Positions 12,383 to 22,253 of a DNA stretch of 64,000 bases are shown in pieces. The notes beneath the pieces were generated by a model, which had not been told where the DNA came from, searched no databases, and saw only the letters and a list, made by a program, of their open reading frames with translations. How positions within the stretch are numbered: position 1 is the stretch's first letter; each line of letters begins with the position of its first letter. The stretch covers positions 32,001 through 96,000 of the forward strand of contig CAWEDJ010000075.1 of NCBI GenBank assembly GCA_963807635.1, written 5' to 3'. Made by a program: the position numbers and the translations under genes. The stretch comes from an uncultured cyanobacterium. Its GTDB lineage: Bacteria; Cyanobacteriota; Cyanobacteriia; Cyanobacteriales; Microcystaceae.

Positions 12383-12979
12383 GGTAACTCAGGGAGATAA
12401 CAAAAATAATGCTGATAATAGTGAGGATAAACTGATATAGAAACCGATTTTTGCTAATCCAGTGACTAAAACCAAAATTTTTCATGCCCAACTTGTCTTA
12501 AAGGTCGCGATTATTTTAACATCTCATCGCTAATTCACCGTTATCTTGCTTTTTTTGCGTTTTTCGCTACATCGGAATATACTATGAAAAGTCTAGGTCA
12601 AAACGAGTCTTGATTGAACGCGATCGCCGTTTAAGACTTGTGCAACTCGATGACCAAAACGAAAAATCAGATAGTCAAACGTTCATTTCTGTAAATTAGT
12701 CCTGAAGATAACAACAAAAATTTAATAGTATTCAATTCTTATAAAATGCTTCAAAATTCTGTAGAAACATAATACTGTTATGTCCTTAAGCGATCGCCTG
12801 TTAATCAAATTGTCTTTGGAGAGAAAAAAGGGGTTAAAATGTCGGTAGGGATGTAAGGCTCGCACAAAAAAAGGTTGATCGCCTTTAAATCCCCCTAAAA
12901 ATCAAAATTTGGTAGGGGTTTGGTTGCCAAATTCATTGGTTATATTGCTACAATTTGATGGTTTTCTAAAGCAAAGATT

Positions 12980-13005
12980 GTAGGACTTGGAGACCAAGCA
13001 CCTAC
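12980..13005. repeat. GTAG-type REP-like palindrome
   Basis: GTAGGACTTGGAGACCAAGCACCTAC hairpin. Degenerate GTAGGG starts also near 12845 and 12912. Confidence 0.5.
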
Positions 13006-13187
13006 GTTAAATTAGAATTATTCAACCCATTACAAATCAAAAAATTAAGACGGAATTATAACCCTAGAAGCGCGATTGCGGATTGTAATGATTAAATGCG
13101 ATCGCGTTTATTCATTCACCTGTTGCCAAGAAAGTTTATAGTATAATGAGTCTAAAATATTCTCATTATTGAGCATTGGTAGTGATT

Positions 13188-13841
13188 ATGCCGATTGGTT
13201 TACCTGAATTTATTGAAAATCAAGAAAATCGTTGTCCTGTCATTTTTGTGTTAGATACGTCGGGATCTATGCAAGGCGCACCGATCGCGGCTTTGAATGA
13301 AGGCCTTAAAACCTTTAAGCAAGATGTTTTGCGCGATACCCAGGCGATGTTGAGTGTGGAAGCCAGCATTATTACCTTTGGGGATGGAGTTAAGCAAATT
13401 CAGGATTTTGTGACAATTGACCATTTTGAACCTCCTCAATTAAGGGCTGATGGTTTAACGCCAATGGGAGAAGCGATTAATCTTGCGTTGAATGTTTTAG
13501 AACAGCGTAAGGCAGTCTATAAAACTAACGGGATTCCCTATTATCGTCCTTGGGTCTTTTTAATTACAGATGGTGCGCCAACGGATGCTTGGCAAGGGGC
13601 GGCTCAAAATTTACGACAAGCCGAAGCAGAAAATCGTTTGTTGTTCTTTTCAGTAGCGGTTCAAGGGGCCAATATGGAAATTCTCAAACAAATTTCGCTG
13701 AGACCACCTGTTTTATTAAATGGTCTTGATTTTCGGGATTTATTTATCTGGCTCAGTAGTTCGATGAAGCGGGTTTCGAGTGGCAAGATTGGGGAGGCGA
13801 TCGCGTTACCGCCTGTAACTTGGGGTCAAATCACAACTTAA
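13188..13841 (+). CDS. TerY/YegL-type von Willebrand A protein
   Basis: RCPVIFVLDTSGSM MIDAS motif, GLTPMGEA, YYRPWVFLITDGAPTD, FIWLSSSM. Confidence 0.9.
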   Translation: MPIGLPEFIENQENRCPVIFVLDTSGSMQGAPIAALNEGLKTFKQDVLRDTQAMLSVEASIITFGDGVKQIQDFVTIDHFEPPQLRADGLTPMGEAINLALNVLEQRKAVYKTNGIPYYRPWVFLITDGAPTDAWQGAAQNLRQAEAENRLLFFSVAVQGANMEILKQISLRPPVLLNGLDFRDLFIWLSSSMKRVSSGKIGEAIALPPVTWGQITT

Positions 13842-13878
13842 ATTTTTAACCAAATATGATATTTTCTAGGAGGAAAGT

Positions 13879-14109
13879 ATGCGTAAACAAAGAATTGAAT
13901 ATTCTTCGCCGTTAGATGCGTTGATTGCAGTTACAAAGCGTCTCAGTGTTTATGAAAATAAATATCAATGGGATTCAGAAGATTTTTTTGATCGCTATAA
14001 CAAGGGATGTTTAACGGATGAGGTTGATTTTATCGAATGGTCTAATGATTACCGCCATTATCTAGCGTTACGTTTAGAATTAGCCAATTTATTAGCCCAT
14101 GCTGCATAA
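13879..14109 (+). CDS. putative antitoxin (TumA-like)
   Basis: 76 aa, YENKYQWDSEDFF...DFIEW pattern. Overlaps the downstream DUF6516-like gene. Confidence 0.65.
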   Translation: MRKQRIEYSSPLDALIAVTKRLSVYENKYQWDSEDFFDRYNKGCLTDEVDFIEWSNDYRHYLALRLELANLLAHAA

Positions 14110-14479
14110 AATTTTAGAGGATTATTTAAAAGATATTGAACTGGCTTTACTGGCTTTAGAGCAGGTTTATATTGAGCGTTATACTGAAGAAATATTAACA
14201 CCGACTAGAGTCAATTTACGACTTCGTATTCGTTGGAATTTGGGGTATTTACTGGAAATTAATGAAGCGGTTATTGTTGAAAATAATGTTTTGACATTCT
14301 TAGATTATCGTTATCACTGTCAAGATAGGCACAATATCCTAATTTTTCGTTATGATAGCACCCCTCATTTTCCTGATTTATCGAGCTTTCCCCATCATAA
14401 ACATTTGCCAAAAGATGTAATTGCTTGCGAAAAACCTGATCTTATTCAAGTGTTGCAGGAAGTTACAGTTTTAATTTAG
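14099..14479 (+). CDS. DUF6516/TumE-like toxin
   Basis: YRYHCQD...IFRYDSTPHFPDLSSFPHHKH motif. Confidence 0.75.
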   Translation: MLHKILEDYLKDIELALLALEQVYIERYTEEILTPTRVNLRLRIRWNLGYLLEINEAVIVENNVLTFLDYRYHCQDRHNILIFRYDSTPHFPDLSSFPHHKHLPKDVIACEKPDLIQVLQEVTVLI

Positions 14480-14541
14480 TTTTAAATCTAATTAAATTTA
14501 TCCCATTTTACAATATTTAGTTTATTTGATGATCAGAAAAA

Positions 14542-16608
14542 ATGACCAAATTGTTCTGTAGTAAAACGAATCAGGCAGTTACGTTAACGGTTTCTATTGC
14601 CCAGAGTGGGGAAGGAGAAGTTTGGCGGACGGATCGCTCTGGTCTGTTGGCGAAAATTTATCATGTTCCCGCAAGCAATGAGAAAGAAAAGTTAGCCCAG
14701 ATGAAAGATCGGGTGGCGAAGTTAGAGGTGATGGTGAAGCGGGTTCCGAAAGATCCGAATGCTCACCAGAATCATATTTCCTTTGCTTCACGCGATCGCT
14801 TCTCAAGAATAGCGGTGGGGAAGTGGTGGGCTTTCTGATGCCAGAGGTGGAGAATAGCCTGGATTTATTGAAGGTTTGTACGCCGAGAATGCGGAAATCT
14901 TTGGGGGTTGATGCGAATTGGTATTTTCTCCATGTGGTCGCCCGAAATATTGCAGGAATTATTCAAGCGATTCATGATGAGGGTTATGTTTTAGGGGATA
15001 TTAAGTTACAAAATATTCTGGTGAATAACCGCGCTTTACCGACGATTATTGATACGGATTCTTTTCAGGTTGTTGATCCTGTTCAAAATAAGGTTTATCG
15101 GTGTTTGGTTGCTTCGGAAGGGTTTACACCATCTGAGTTAATTGGTAAGAATATTGACTCGATTACTCAATCTGCGGTGCATGATCGTTTTCGGTTGGGC
15201 GTGGTTATTTATTATCTTTTGTTTGGTGGGGCCACCGTTTCGGGGAAGTTGGCAGGGTTCGGGTGATCCGCCTGAGCAAGTGGAGTTAATTCGTCGCGGT
15301 TTTTGGCCCTGTGCACCGAATAGTTTAATTCAGCCGAGTAATAATACGATTCCTTTGGATATCATTCATCCTGAGCTTCAACGGTGTTTTTTGCTGTGTT
15401 TTAATGATGGTCATTTCAATCCTTCTAAACGTCCGAGTGCGAGGGTTTGGTTGGAGGCGTTAGAGGTTGCGTTTAATGAGTTACAGTCTTGTGGAAAAGT
15501 TGATAGTCATTTTTATGGTTTGAGTTATGGGCGTTGTTATTGGTGCGATCGCGCTCAGAATTTAGGGGTTGATATTTTGCAAGGGAAGTTGATGGTGAAA
15601 CCCCAACCTATCAAGCCTCTATCTCAAACTAAACCCCAGCCTACTGTTGTTAAACCAATCGTCCCTAATCGGCCAATAACGTATCAACCACCACCACCAC
15701 AACTTTTTTTAACAAGAAGAAAGATTCTAGTCGGGATGGGTTTACTTGGGACTGGAGGAGCAATCACCTGGATAGGATCAAAAAAAACTCAATCCACATC
15801 TCTCCTGACTCCAACACCAAATCCAACACCAACACCAAATCCAACACCAACACCAAGTCCAAAGGCTACACCAATTATTATTAAATCATTAACAAATTAT
15901 ACAGAAGCTCTACCAGGGGGAGTCAAACTGAAAATGATCGCCATTCCTGCGGGTAAATTCCTAATGGGATCGCCCGATACCGATTCTGATGCCTCAGATG
16001 AAGAAAAGCCCCAACACCAAGTTGAATTAACTAGTTTTTGGATGGGGAAATATCCTGTGACTCAGGAGCAATATCAAGCCATAATGGGGATTAATCCGTC
16101 ATATTTTAAAGATAATCCCTATAACCCAGTGGAAAAAGTAACTTGGGATAATGCTCAGGAGTTCTGCCAAAGATTAAGTGAAAAAACAGGAAAAAAATAT
16201 CGTCTTCCCAGTGAAGCAGAGTGGGAATATGCCTGTCGAGCGGGAAGCCAAACCCGTTTTTATTTTGGAGATGATGAAAAGCAATTAGAAAAATATGCTT
16301 GGTATAAAGAAAATTCAGGTTCAAAAAACCACCCAGTCGGGCAGAAAAAGCCAAATAATTGGGGACTATTTGATATGAGTGGAAATGTGTGGGAGTGGTG
16401 TGACGATGTTTGGCATGAAAATCATGAAAATGCGCCAAAGGATGGAAGAAGTTGGAATAATAACTATTCTCAATCCCCTGTGAAACTAATGCGCGGTGGT
16501 TCTTGGGGAAGCGTTTCAAGGGGCTGTCGCTCGGCGGCGAGGGTCGGGATCGGTGCGGACTACTGGAGCAACAGCTACGGTTTTCGGCTTGCTCTTGGCT
16601 CTTTCTAG
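14542..16608 (+). CDS. YegI/TerY-associated Ser/Thr kinase - Zn ribbon - TM - FGE-sulfatase (CLec) fusion, two frameshifts near 14790 and 15230
   Basis: SGEGEVW, LAKIY, GDIKLQNILV, IDTDSFQ, HDRFRLG, CGK...CYWC, TM ILVGMGLLGTGGAITWI, then FLMGS, YPVTQEQY, RLPSEAEWEYACRAG, DMSGNVWEW, RGGSW, GFRL. Three overlapping ORFs join into one domain series. Confidence 0.85.
15808..15861 (+). repeat. tandem repeat encoding a Pro-Thr linker
   Basis: CCAACACCAAATCCAACACCAACACCAAAT... encodes TPTPNPTPTPNPTPTPSP. Confidence 0.85.
16492..16608 (+). other. candidate DGR variable region at the CLec C-terminus
   Basis: RGGSW...CRSA...GFRL segment. Hand count gives 14 A in 117 nt (12%) and 62% GC, against 33% A and 42% GC over 16381-16480. 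Many NNC/NNT codons at the variable positions. Confidence 0.6.
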
Positions 16609-16627
16609 TGCGATCGCCTGTTTCATT

Positions 16628-16750
16628 TATAGAGTCCATTTGGTATCTTTCTCACAACCTTTGCCCAGTATGGATTAGAGAGAATTAGCCAAAATGCCTG
16701 TAATTCTTATCAGCTAAGCGTTACAAGAGAGATACCAAATAGGTTCTATA
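16628..16750. mobile_element. 123-bp MITE-like element with 24-bp imperfect terminal IRs
   Basis: TATAGAGTCCATTTGGTATCTTTC ... GAGAGATACCAAATAGGTTCTATA. TA at both ends. Confidence 0.6.
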
Positions 16751-16778
16751 ACGAACACATATAATCAAAGGGAATAAA

Positions 16779-17594
16779 ATGAGCAACTATGTAACTAAAT
16801 CGATCAATGGTGATATATTTCAATATTATATCGATACATACGCAGGACTAAACCAAGCCGACACAAACCTAAAATTATTCTCAAATACACATGAGCGAAT
16901 ACTTTGCCATATATATTTTAATCCCAGCATAATCACCCCAGATATTAACGCAGATATTTTAGAAGGACATAAATCTACATTAGTTCTAACAGATTCATGG
17001 TTTTTATTTGAATCACTCAACTCATTAATAAAATTTTATGAATATATAAAACCAAAACCCTCATCTTCTTCTACACACAAAACCAGCTACGCGACGTATG
17101 ATGATGCTTATTTAGAACCTAAAAACTATAATTATACTAGAATACCGTATGGCCCACCCGAAATTTTTGATTATACATCAATAAAAAATGCTTACTTAGA
17201 ATATCTATTAGATTCATTGCTGGAAGAATACGAAAAAAATATGAGAAGCATATTCGATTTGCGAAAATCTCAAGATGAACTATTAGAATATTTTATGTAT
17301 CTTGAAAAATTTGCCTACCAATCACAGAGAGAATATCTTTTAACTGCATACAACCAAATATTTCAGAATTTCAATATCTTTCCACAATATCCTCTTTCGA
17401 TCTCATACGCGATAAGAAATCAATACGTTCATAATGGTGAGCCTGCTTCTACAGGATTTTCCACTCCCTTTCTGAAAACACAATTTATTAACGCACACCA
17501 CAAATTTGTCTTAAATTATTCTTTAATTGTTGTCACTGAATTAATTGAAAATGAAATTAACTTACGCAATAAAAACAATCTACCTAGTTGTTGA
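16779..17594 (+). CDS. AT-rich protein with HEPN-like RxxxxH motif
   Basis: YAIRNQYVHNG near the C-terminus of a helical protein. No HIP1 seen. Confidence 0.55.
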   Translation: MSNYVTKSINGDIFQYYIDTYAGLNQADTNLKLFSNTHERILCHIYFNPSIITPDINADILEGHKSTLVLTDSWFLFESLNSLIKFYEYIKPKPSSSSTHKTSYATYDDAYLEPKNYNYTRIPYGPPEIFDYTSIKNAYLEYLLDSLLEEYEKNMRSIFDLRKSQDELLEYFMYLEKFAYQSQREYLLTAYNQIFQNFNIFPQYPLSISYAIRNQYVHNGEPASTGFSTPFLKTQFINAHHKFVLNYSLIVVTELIENEINLRNKNNLPSC

Positions 17595-17671
17595 CCACTT
17601 CTAGTGCGATCACCATTACTGTCTTTATTCAAACGCATCTTATTTAATATTCGTTAAATCCGTAATATTTT

Positions 17672-17700
17672 GTGCGTTACGTTGTGCTAACATACCCTAC
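17672..17700 (-). repeat. GTAG-type REP-like palindrome
   Basis: Minus strand reads GTAGGGTATGTTAGCACAACGTAACGCAC. Confidence 0.5.
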
Positions 17701-17702
17701 AA

Positions 17703-18227
17703 CTACTTCAAAACTGTCGCCAAAATTAAATTTAAAGCAGATAAAAAAGTCGCAATAACAAAAACGGTTCCTGATAAAATTAATTGCTGACTTTTCCAAG
17801 CACTCAATATACTCAAACTGTTAATACTTTGCTCATACTGATCAATAAACAATAATTTATATCCATCTTCTGTTAATTCTAGACACTTTTCAACCTGTTC
17901 ATTAGGAGAAATAATTGAATCTTGTCCACCCTATTTTTGTAAAATACCAATCAAACTGATGCCCGCCGATGCAAACAACAATAATAAACTGAGTATTTTT
18001 AAAACCGAACAACTATAGCAAGGTAATGAATCTTGAATAAGAATACTTTGATCAGGTAAATCATCTGCAAACTTGATTAAAGCCGCACTAAAACCTGCTA
18101 CTGCACTTAATTGAGTATTAAGAATATTAACCCGACTATCAAGCACTTTAATCGACTCTTGAGCATCGGTAAAAATAAGCTCTATAATTTGAGTATAACT
18201 ATTATTTAGACGAGGCTCATCATTCAT
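17703..18227 (-). pseudogene. 3-TM membrane protein (Pycsar-effector-like topology) with one in-frame TAG
   Basis: The frame continues past TAG at 17931-17933 as GGQDSIISPNE...WKSQQLILSGTVFVIATFLSALNLILATVLK, with a stop at 17703. Confidence 0.6.
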
Positions 18228-18591
18228 GTCTGATATGAGTAATCTAGAAACATCCTCCCAGAATACTGCTCAATCTACACAAAGTAAACCACAACGCCCC
18301 AAAAAACCTGAAATTTATTTTTTAAGAACCTATCCGTTTAGAGATGATAGCTCTCACCATCATCCTCAAGAAGAGAATTATTGGAATGAAACCGTTGAAG
18401 CAGAAACATCCCAAGGTGAAAAACTTAATATAGAAGCTTATTTGTTGCGAGTTTATCCGACTACCTTCAATGAATATGATGCCTATATGGATATTCCCAT
18501 AAGCTACAATTCTGATATTAAATCTGATATTAAAAAAATACGATCATCACGTCTTGGGAAAACCTGGAACGTTGTTGCTGGGCCCCATTGA
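18226..18591 (+). CDS. hypothetical protein
   Basis: 121-aa ORF with an internal repeat, EIYFLRTYP / EAYLLRVYP. Confidence 0.5.
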   Translation: MSDMSNLETSSQNTAQSTQSKPQRPKKPEIYFLRTYPFRDDSSHHHPQEENYWNETVEAETSQGEKLNIEAYLLRVYPTTFNEYDAYMDIPISYNSDIKSDIKKIRSSRLGKTWNVVAGPH

Positions 18592-18744
18592 ATCTATCCC
18601 TATGGGCTATTTTCGTGGTGATTACGGTAACAATAATCCACCAGCTTGGATATTTGGACTTTGCTTGAGTCGAGAATAATAAATTTGATTATCATAGTCG
18701 CATTGCATCGGTTAAATTAACAAAACGAATTACCTTTTACTGAC

Positions 18745-20989
18745 TCAATTTAAAACATTTTTCATATAAGTTCCCCAAAGACTAGCGGCCTGTGCGCTAC
18801 TGCCCGCCGTAGGAGAATTATTATCATTGCCCAACCAAACCCCCGTCACTAAATTTCGTTGGGGAATGAGACCAATAAACCACAGATCAACCCCCTTATT
18901 CGTGGTTCCCGTTTTTCCTGCGGCCCCCATCCCAATATTCGCCCCCTTACCCGTTCCCCCTGTGACTGCCCCGCGTAACATTTCCGTCATCGTGTTGGCA
19001 ACGCCTGGAGAAATCGCCTGGTGATGACCATTCTGATCCTGAGCAAAGACATAAATTTCGCGACAGGTTTCTGGTTTTTCGTAATTCTGGCAATCTCCAC
19101 CGTCCAGAATGCGTCGAATAGCGTGGGGACGATTCCACATTCCTTGATTGGCAAAGGTGGCATAGGCTCCTGTCATTTCCAGCACAGTTACCTCACTTTC
19201 ACCTAAAACTAACCCTGGAACGGGATTGAGATTGGAACGAATGCCCATCCGCTCGGCCATATTGACCACCTGATCCAATCCGACCCGTTGAGCGACCCGA
19301 AGCGCGATCGCGTTTTCCGATTGAGCTAAACCGTGAGCCATTGTAATCTCGCCACTACTGCGTTCACAGGGTTTATAGTCCTGCCCTTGCCAACGCAATG
19401 CTCCACAGGAATAGGTGCTATTAGCAGATAAGCCATCCTCTAGGGCCGCCGTGTAAGTAAACGCTTTGAAGGTAGAACCTGGTTGGCGTTTGGCTTGGGT
19501 TACACGATTATATTGACTGGTTTTGTAATCGGAACCACCGACTAAGGCGAGAATTTCCCCCGATCGCGTATCGAGAGTCACTAAGGCTCCCTGGGAAAAG
19601 CGAAAACGGGTTCCTACAGATTGAATCCCTGTTTTGAGAGATTTTTCGGCTTTGAGTTGCATTTTGGGGTCTAGGCTACTTTCCACAATAAAATTCCCTT
19701 CTTTAGCCACATCTTCCCCCAATAACTGTTGTAATTCCTGAAAAACATAACTATAAAAATAGGGAGCCAACATTTTCGAGAGAGCTTGATTTGCCTTGGG
19801 ACTGACCTTAATCCGCGATCGCCTGGCTCTGGCCCCTTCCTGTTCACTAATCATCCCCAAACTGACCATGCGATTAATGACTCGATTTCGTAATTGCACC
19901 GATGTTTGATAATCCTGGACGGGATTGTAGAGATTAGGAGCGGGTAACATGGCCACCAGGGTTGCCGCTTCCGAGATATCAAGATTTTTAGCGGATTTAT
20001 CAAAATAAAATTGAGCCGCATCCTCAAACCCGTAACTCCCGACCCCTAGATAAACCCGATTGAGATAGGTTTTTAAAATCTCATTTTTACTATAAAAAGC
20101 CTCTAATTTGAGGGCGACTAACATTTCTCGAATTTTACGACCCGCCGTATTTTCGCGACCCACGACCGTAAACAAACTGCGAGCCAACTGTTGAGTCAGA
20201 GTACTGGCTCCCTGGCGAATCCCCTTATCGGAGGTATTGATTAAAACTGCCCGCGCCACGCCCAAGGGATCTACGCCAAAGTGCCAATAAAAACGACTAT
20301 CTTCGGAGGCAATGACTGCTTTCGGGAGGTAGGGAGAAAAATCACTGAGTTTTTTTAATTCGTGGTGATTTTCTCGTTTTAGGGGATTCAGTAGGGTTTT
20401 TCCATCTTTTGCATAGATAACCACTGGCCCAACCACCCCAGCAGGTAAGGGATGAACCTCAATTTTTCTCCATTCCCAACCGATCCAAGCAATTAATAAA
20501 CTACTGATGACCGCCGTTCCATAAAGACCATAACGCAAGGTTTTCAGCCAAAGGGGAGGCGGATCTCGGTAAATGAGTTGGGTAATGTCTTCTAGTTCGG
20601 GCAGTCCCAGATTAATGACATCGCCATGTCTGAGGGGAAAGGTTTGCAGGCGTTTTCTCCCAAAAAAGAGTCCATTGGTCGAATCTTCATCCTTGAGATA
20701 GAAATGATTGGGATGATCGGGATCTCGATGTAAAGAGCAGTGGGTCTGACTGACAACGGCATTTTTGATGAGAATATCGCAGGTGCGAGAACTTCTGCCA
20801 ATAATGTAGCGATCGCCGAGCAGAGGATATTTTTCGACTTTTTTAGAATCTTGATTTTCTTTAACCCAGAGTTCGGGAACCCTAGCCCCCTTTTTGATCG
20901 CAGGTTTCGGCCCCGTTCAAACCGACCAATTTCTGGACGGCTTGGGTAACGAGTTGACTCAGGGGTTGGCGGCTGGGGTGTTGGGTCAT
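18745..20989 (-). CDS. FHA-domain class A penicillin-binding protein (PBP1A-like), one frameshift near 20910
   Basis: EDSRFY, QGASTLTQQL, RKIRE transglycosylase motifs. PGSTFK, SEN, KTG transpeptidase motifs. The frame extends upstream of 20538 through an FHA domain (IGR...VSQTH...DEDSTNG). The ATG at 20989 is in a shifted frame. Confidence 0.88.
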
Positions 20990-21059
20990 CGGCGATCTTT
21001 GCAAGGGTTCTATTAAAACACACTCAATGTTTTAAGGAGATGGATCTTAAACGTTATAA

Positions 21060-21110
21060 GATCCCCCCGTCCTACGGACACCCCCCTTATTAAGGGGGGC
21101 AGGGGGGATC
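21060..21110. repeat. cyanobacterial CCCCCTT-n-AAGGGGG palindromic repeat
   Basis: GATCCCCCCGTCCTACGGACACCCCCCTTATTAAGGGGGGCAGGGGGGATC, nested inverted repeats. Confidence 0.8.
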
Positions 21111-21357
21111 GAGTGAAAAAACTATTCTCAGTTTAATGGTAACTAGCTACTTAGATAAAAAGGGATTGATGATCACGATTCTAATCGATCGCGACATGAC
21201 GTTAAAGTTGTAATAAGTCGTTAAATTTGTCTGACAGCATTAGAAGTATTCTAAATAAATGGGGTGTCGATTACGCGATCGCGCGAAAAATCTAGGATAG
21301 CCCTTATTACATAAAAATAAAGAATATCATTGCAAATTGCCAAGGAAGCTAGTCAAA

Positions 21358-22212
21358 ATGCTCAATAAAATTTTATATGCTGACGCGGGAACCTCCCAAA
21401 CCCAGGAAATGCTGAAAGCCTTGATGGATTTGCCTGCCTTCAAAAAAGCGGCTATCACGGTTCTACACGTCGTTCCTCCCCAAATTACGGCGGATGCTTT
21501 GACTGAAAAATGGGATGAAGGGGGCAAAATCATTGCCGACATTCTCAAAAATATTGACATTGACCCCAGCAAGGTTTCGACCGTATTGCGTCAAGGGGAA
21601 CCTAAAACAACCGTTTGTGAGGTCGCCGATGAAATAGGTGCGGATTTGATTCTGATGGGATCACGGGGCTTGAAGCGGTTAGAGGCAATCCTCGAAAACT
21701 CCGTGAGTCAATACGTTTTTCAATTGACGAATCATGCCATGTTATTGGTCAGGGATGATATCTATGTCAAACGCATCAAACGGATTATGGTCGCCTTAGA
21801 CAAATCTGCCGCCGCCGAATATACCCTCGATCTCGCGCTTTATTTGTTGAAAGATTATCCAGAAGCTGAATTGATTTTGGCACGGGTGAATCCAGATCTC
21901 AAACCTGATTTACTCCCCCTTTCCCGCCAGGAAATCGAAAATAATCCCGTCCTAGCTCCCGCGATCGCCAAGGCAAAACGCTATGGCATTAACTATCGCT
22001 CTATTGTGACAGGTGGCAAGCCAGGGGAAAAAATCTGTGAATTAGCCGATGAATATAGTGTGGATTTATTAATGATCGGTTCCCCCGATCGCCGTCCGTC
22101 GGTTGCCAGGAGCTTACCTGACCTAGACCGTCTGTTGGGAACCTCTTTGTCGGACTATATCCGAGTCAATGCCAATTGTCCCGTTCTTTTAGCCCGTAAC
22201 GAAGGCGTATAA
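21358..22212 (+). CDS. tandem universal stress protein (Usp)
   Basis: Two Usp domains: ADLILMGSRG...NSVS and DLLMIGS...GTSLSDY...CPVLL. Confidence 0.9.
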   Translation: MLNKILYADAGTSQTQEMLKALMDLPAFKKAAITVLHVVPPQITADALTEKWDEGGKIIADILKNIDIDPSKVSTVLRQGEPKTTVCEVADEIGADLILMGSRGLKRLEAILENSVSQYVFQLTNHAMLLVRDDIYVKRIKRIMVALDKSAAAEYTLDLALYLLKDYPEAELILARVNPDLKPDLLPLSRQEIENNPVLAPAIAKAKRYGINYRSIVTGGKPGEKICELADEYSVDLLMIGSPDRRPSVARSLPDLDRLLGTSLSDYIRVNANCPVLLARNEGV

Positions 22213-22253
22213 CGATTGGTTATAACGGGTGGTTTAAGCGTCAAAAAAAAGTA

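Noticed and set aside
16106..16688. ORFs 16106-16639 (-), 16496-16678 and 16503-16688 (+)
   Set aside because: Shadow frames of the FGE domain. The low adenine content removes stop codons in the other plus-strand frames.
8672..17933. Genome-wide TAG recoding suggested by two in-frame TAG codons
   Set aside because: TAG terminates conserved genes here (dut, rpsL, rpsJ), and TAA interruptions also occur.
20592..21023. 143-aa minus-strand ORF upstream of the PBP
   Set aside because: It is an alternative frame over the frameshifted FHA-containing 5' end of the PBP gene.
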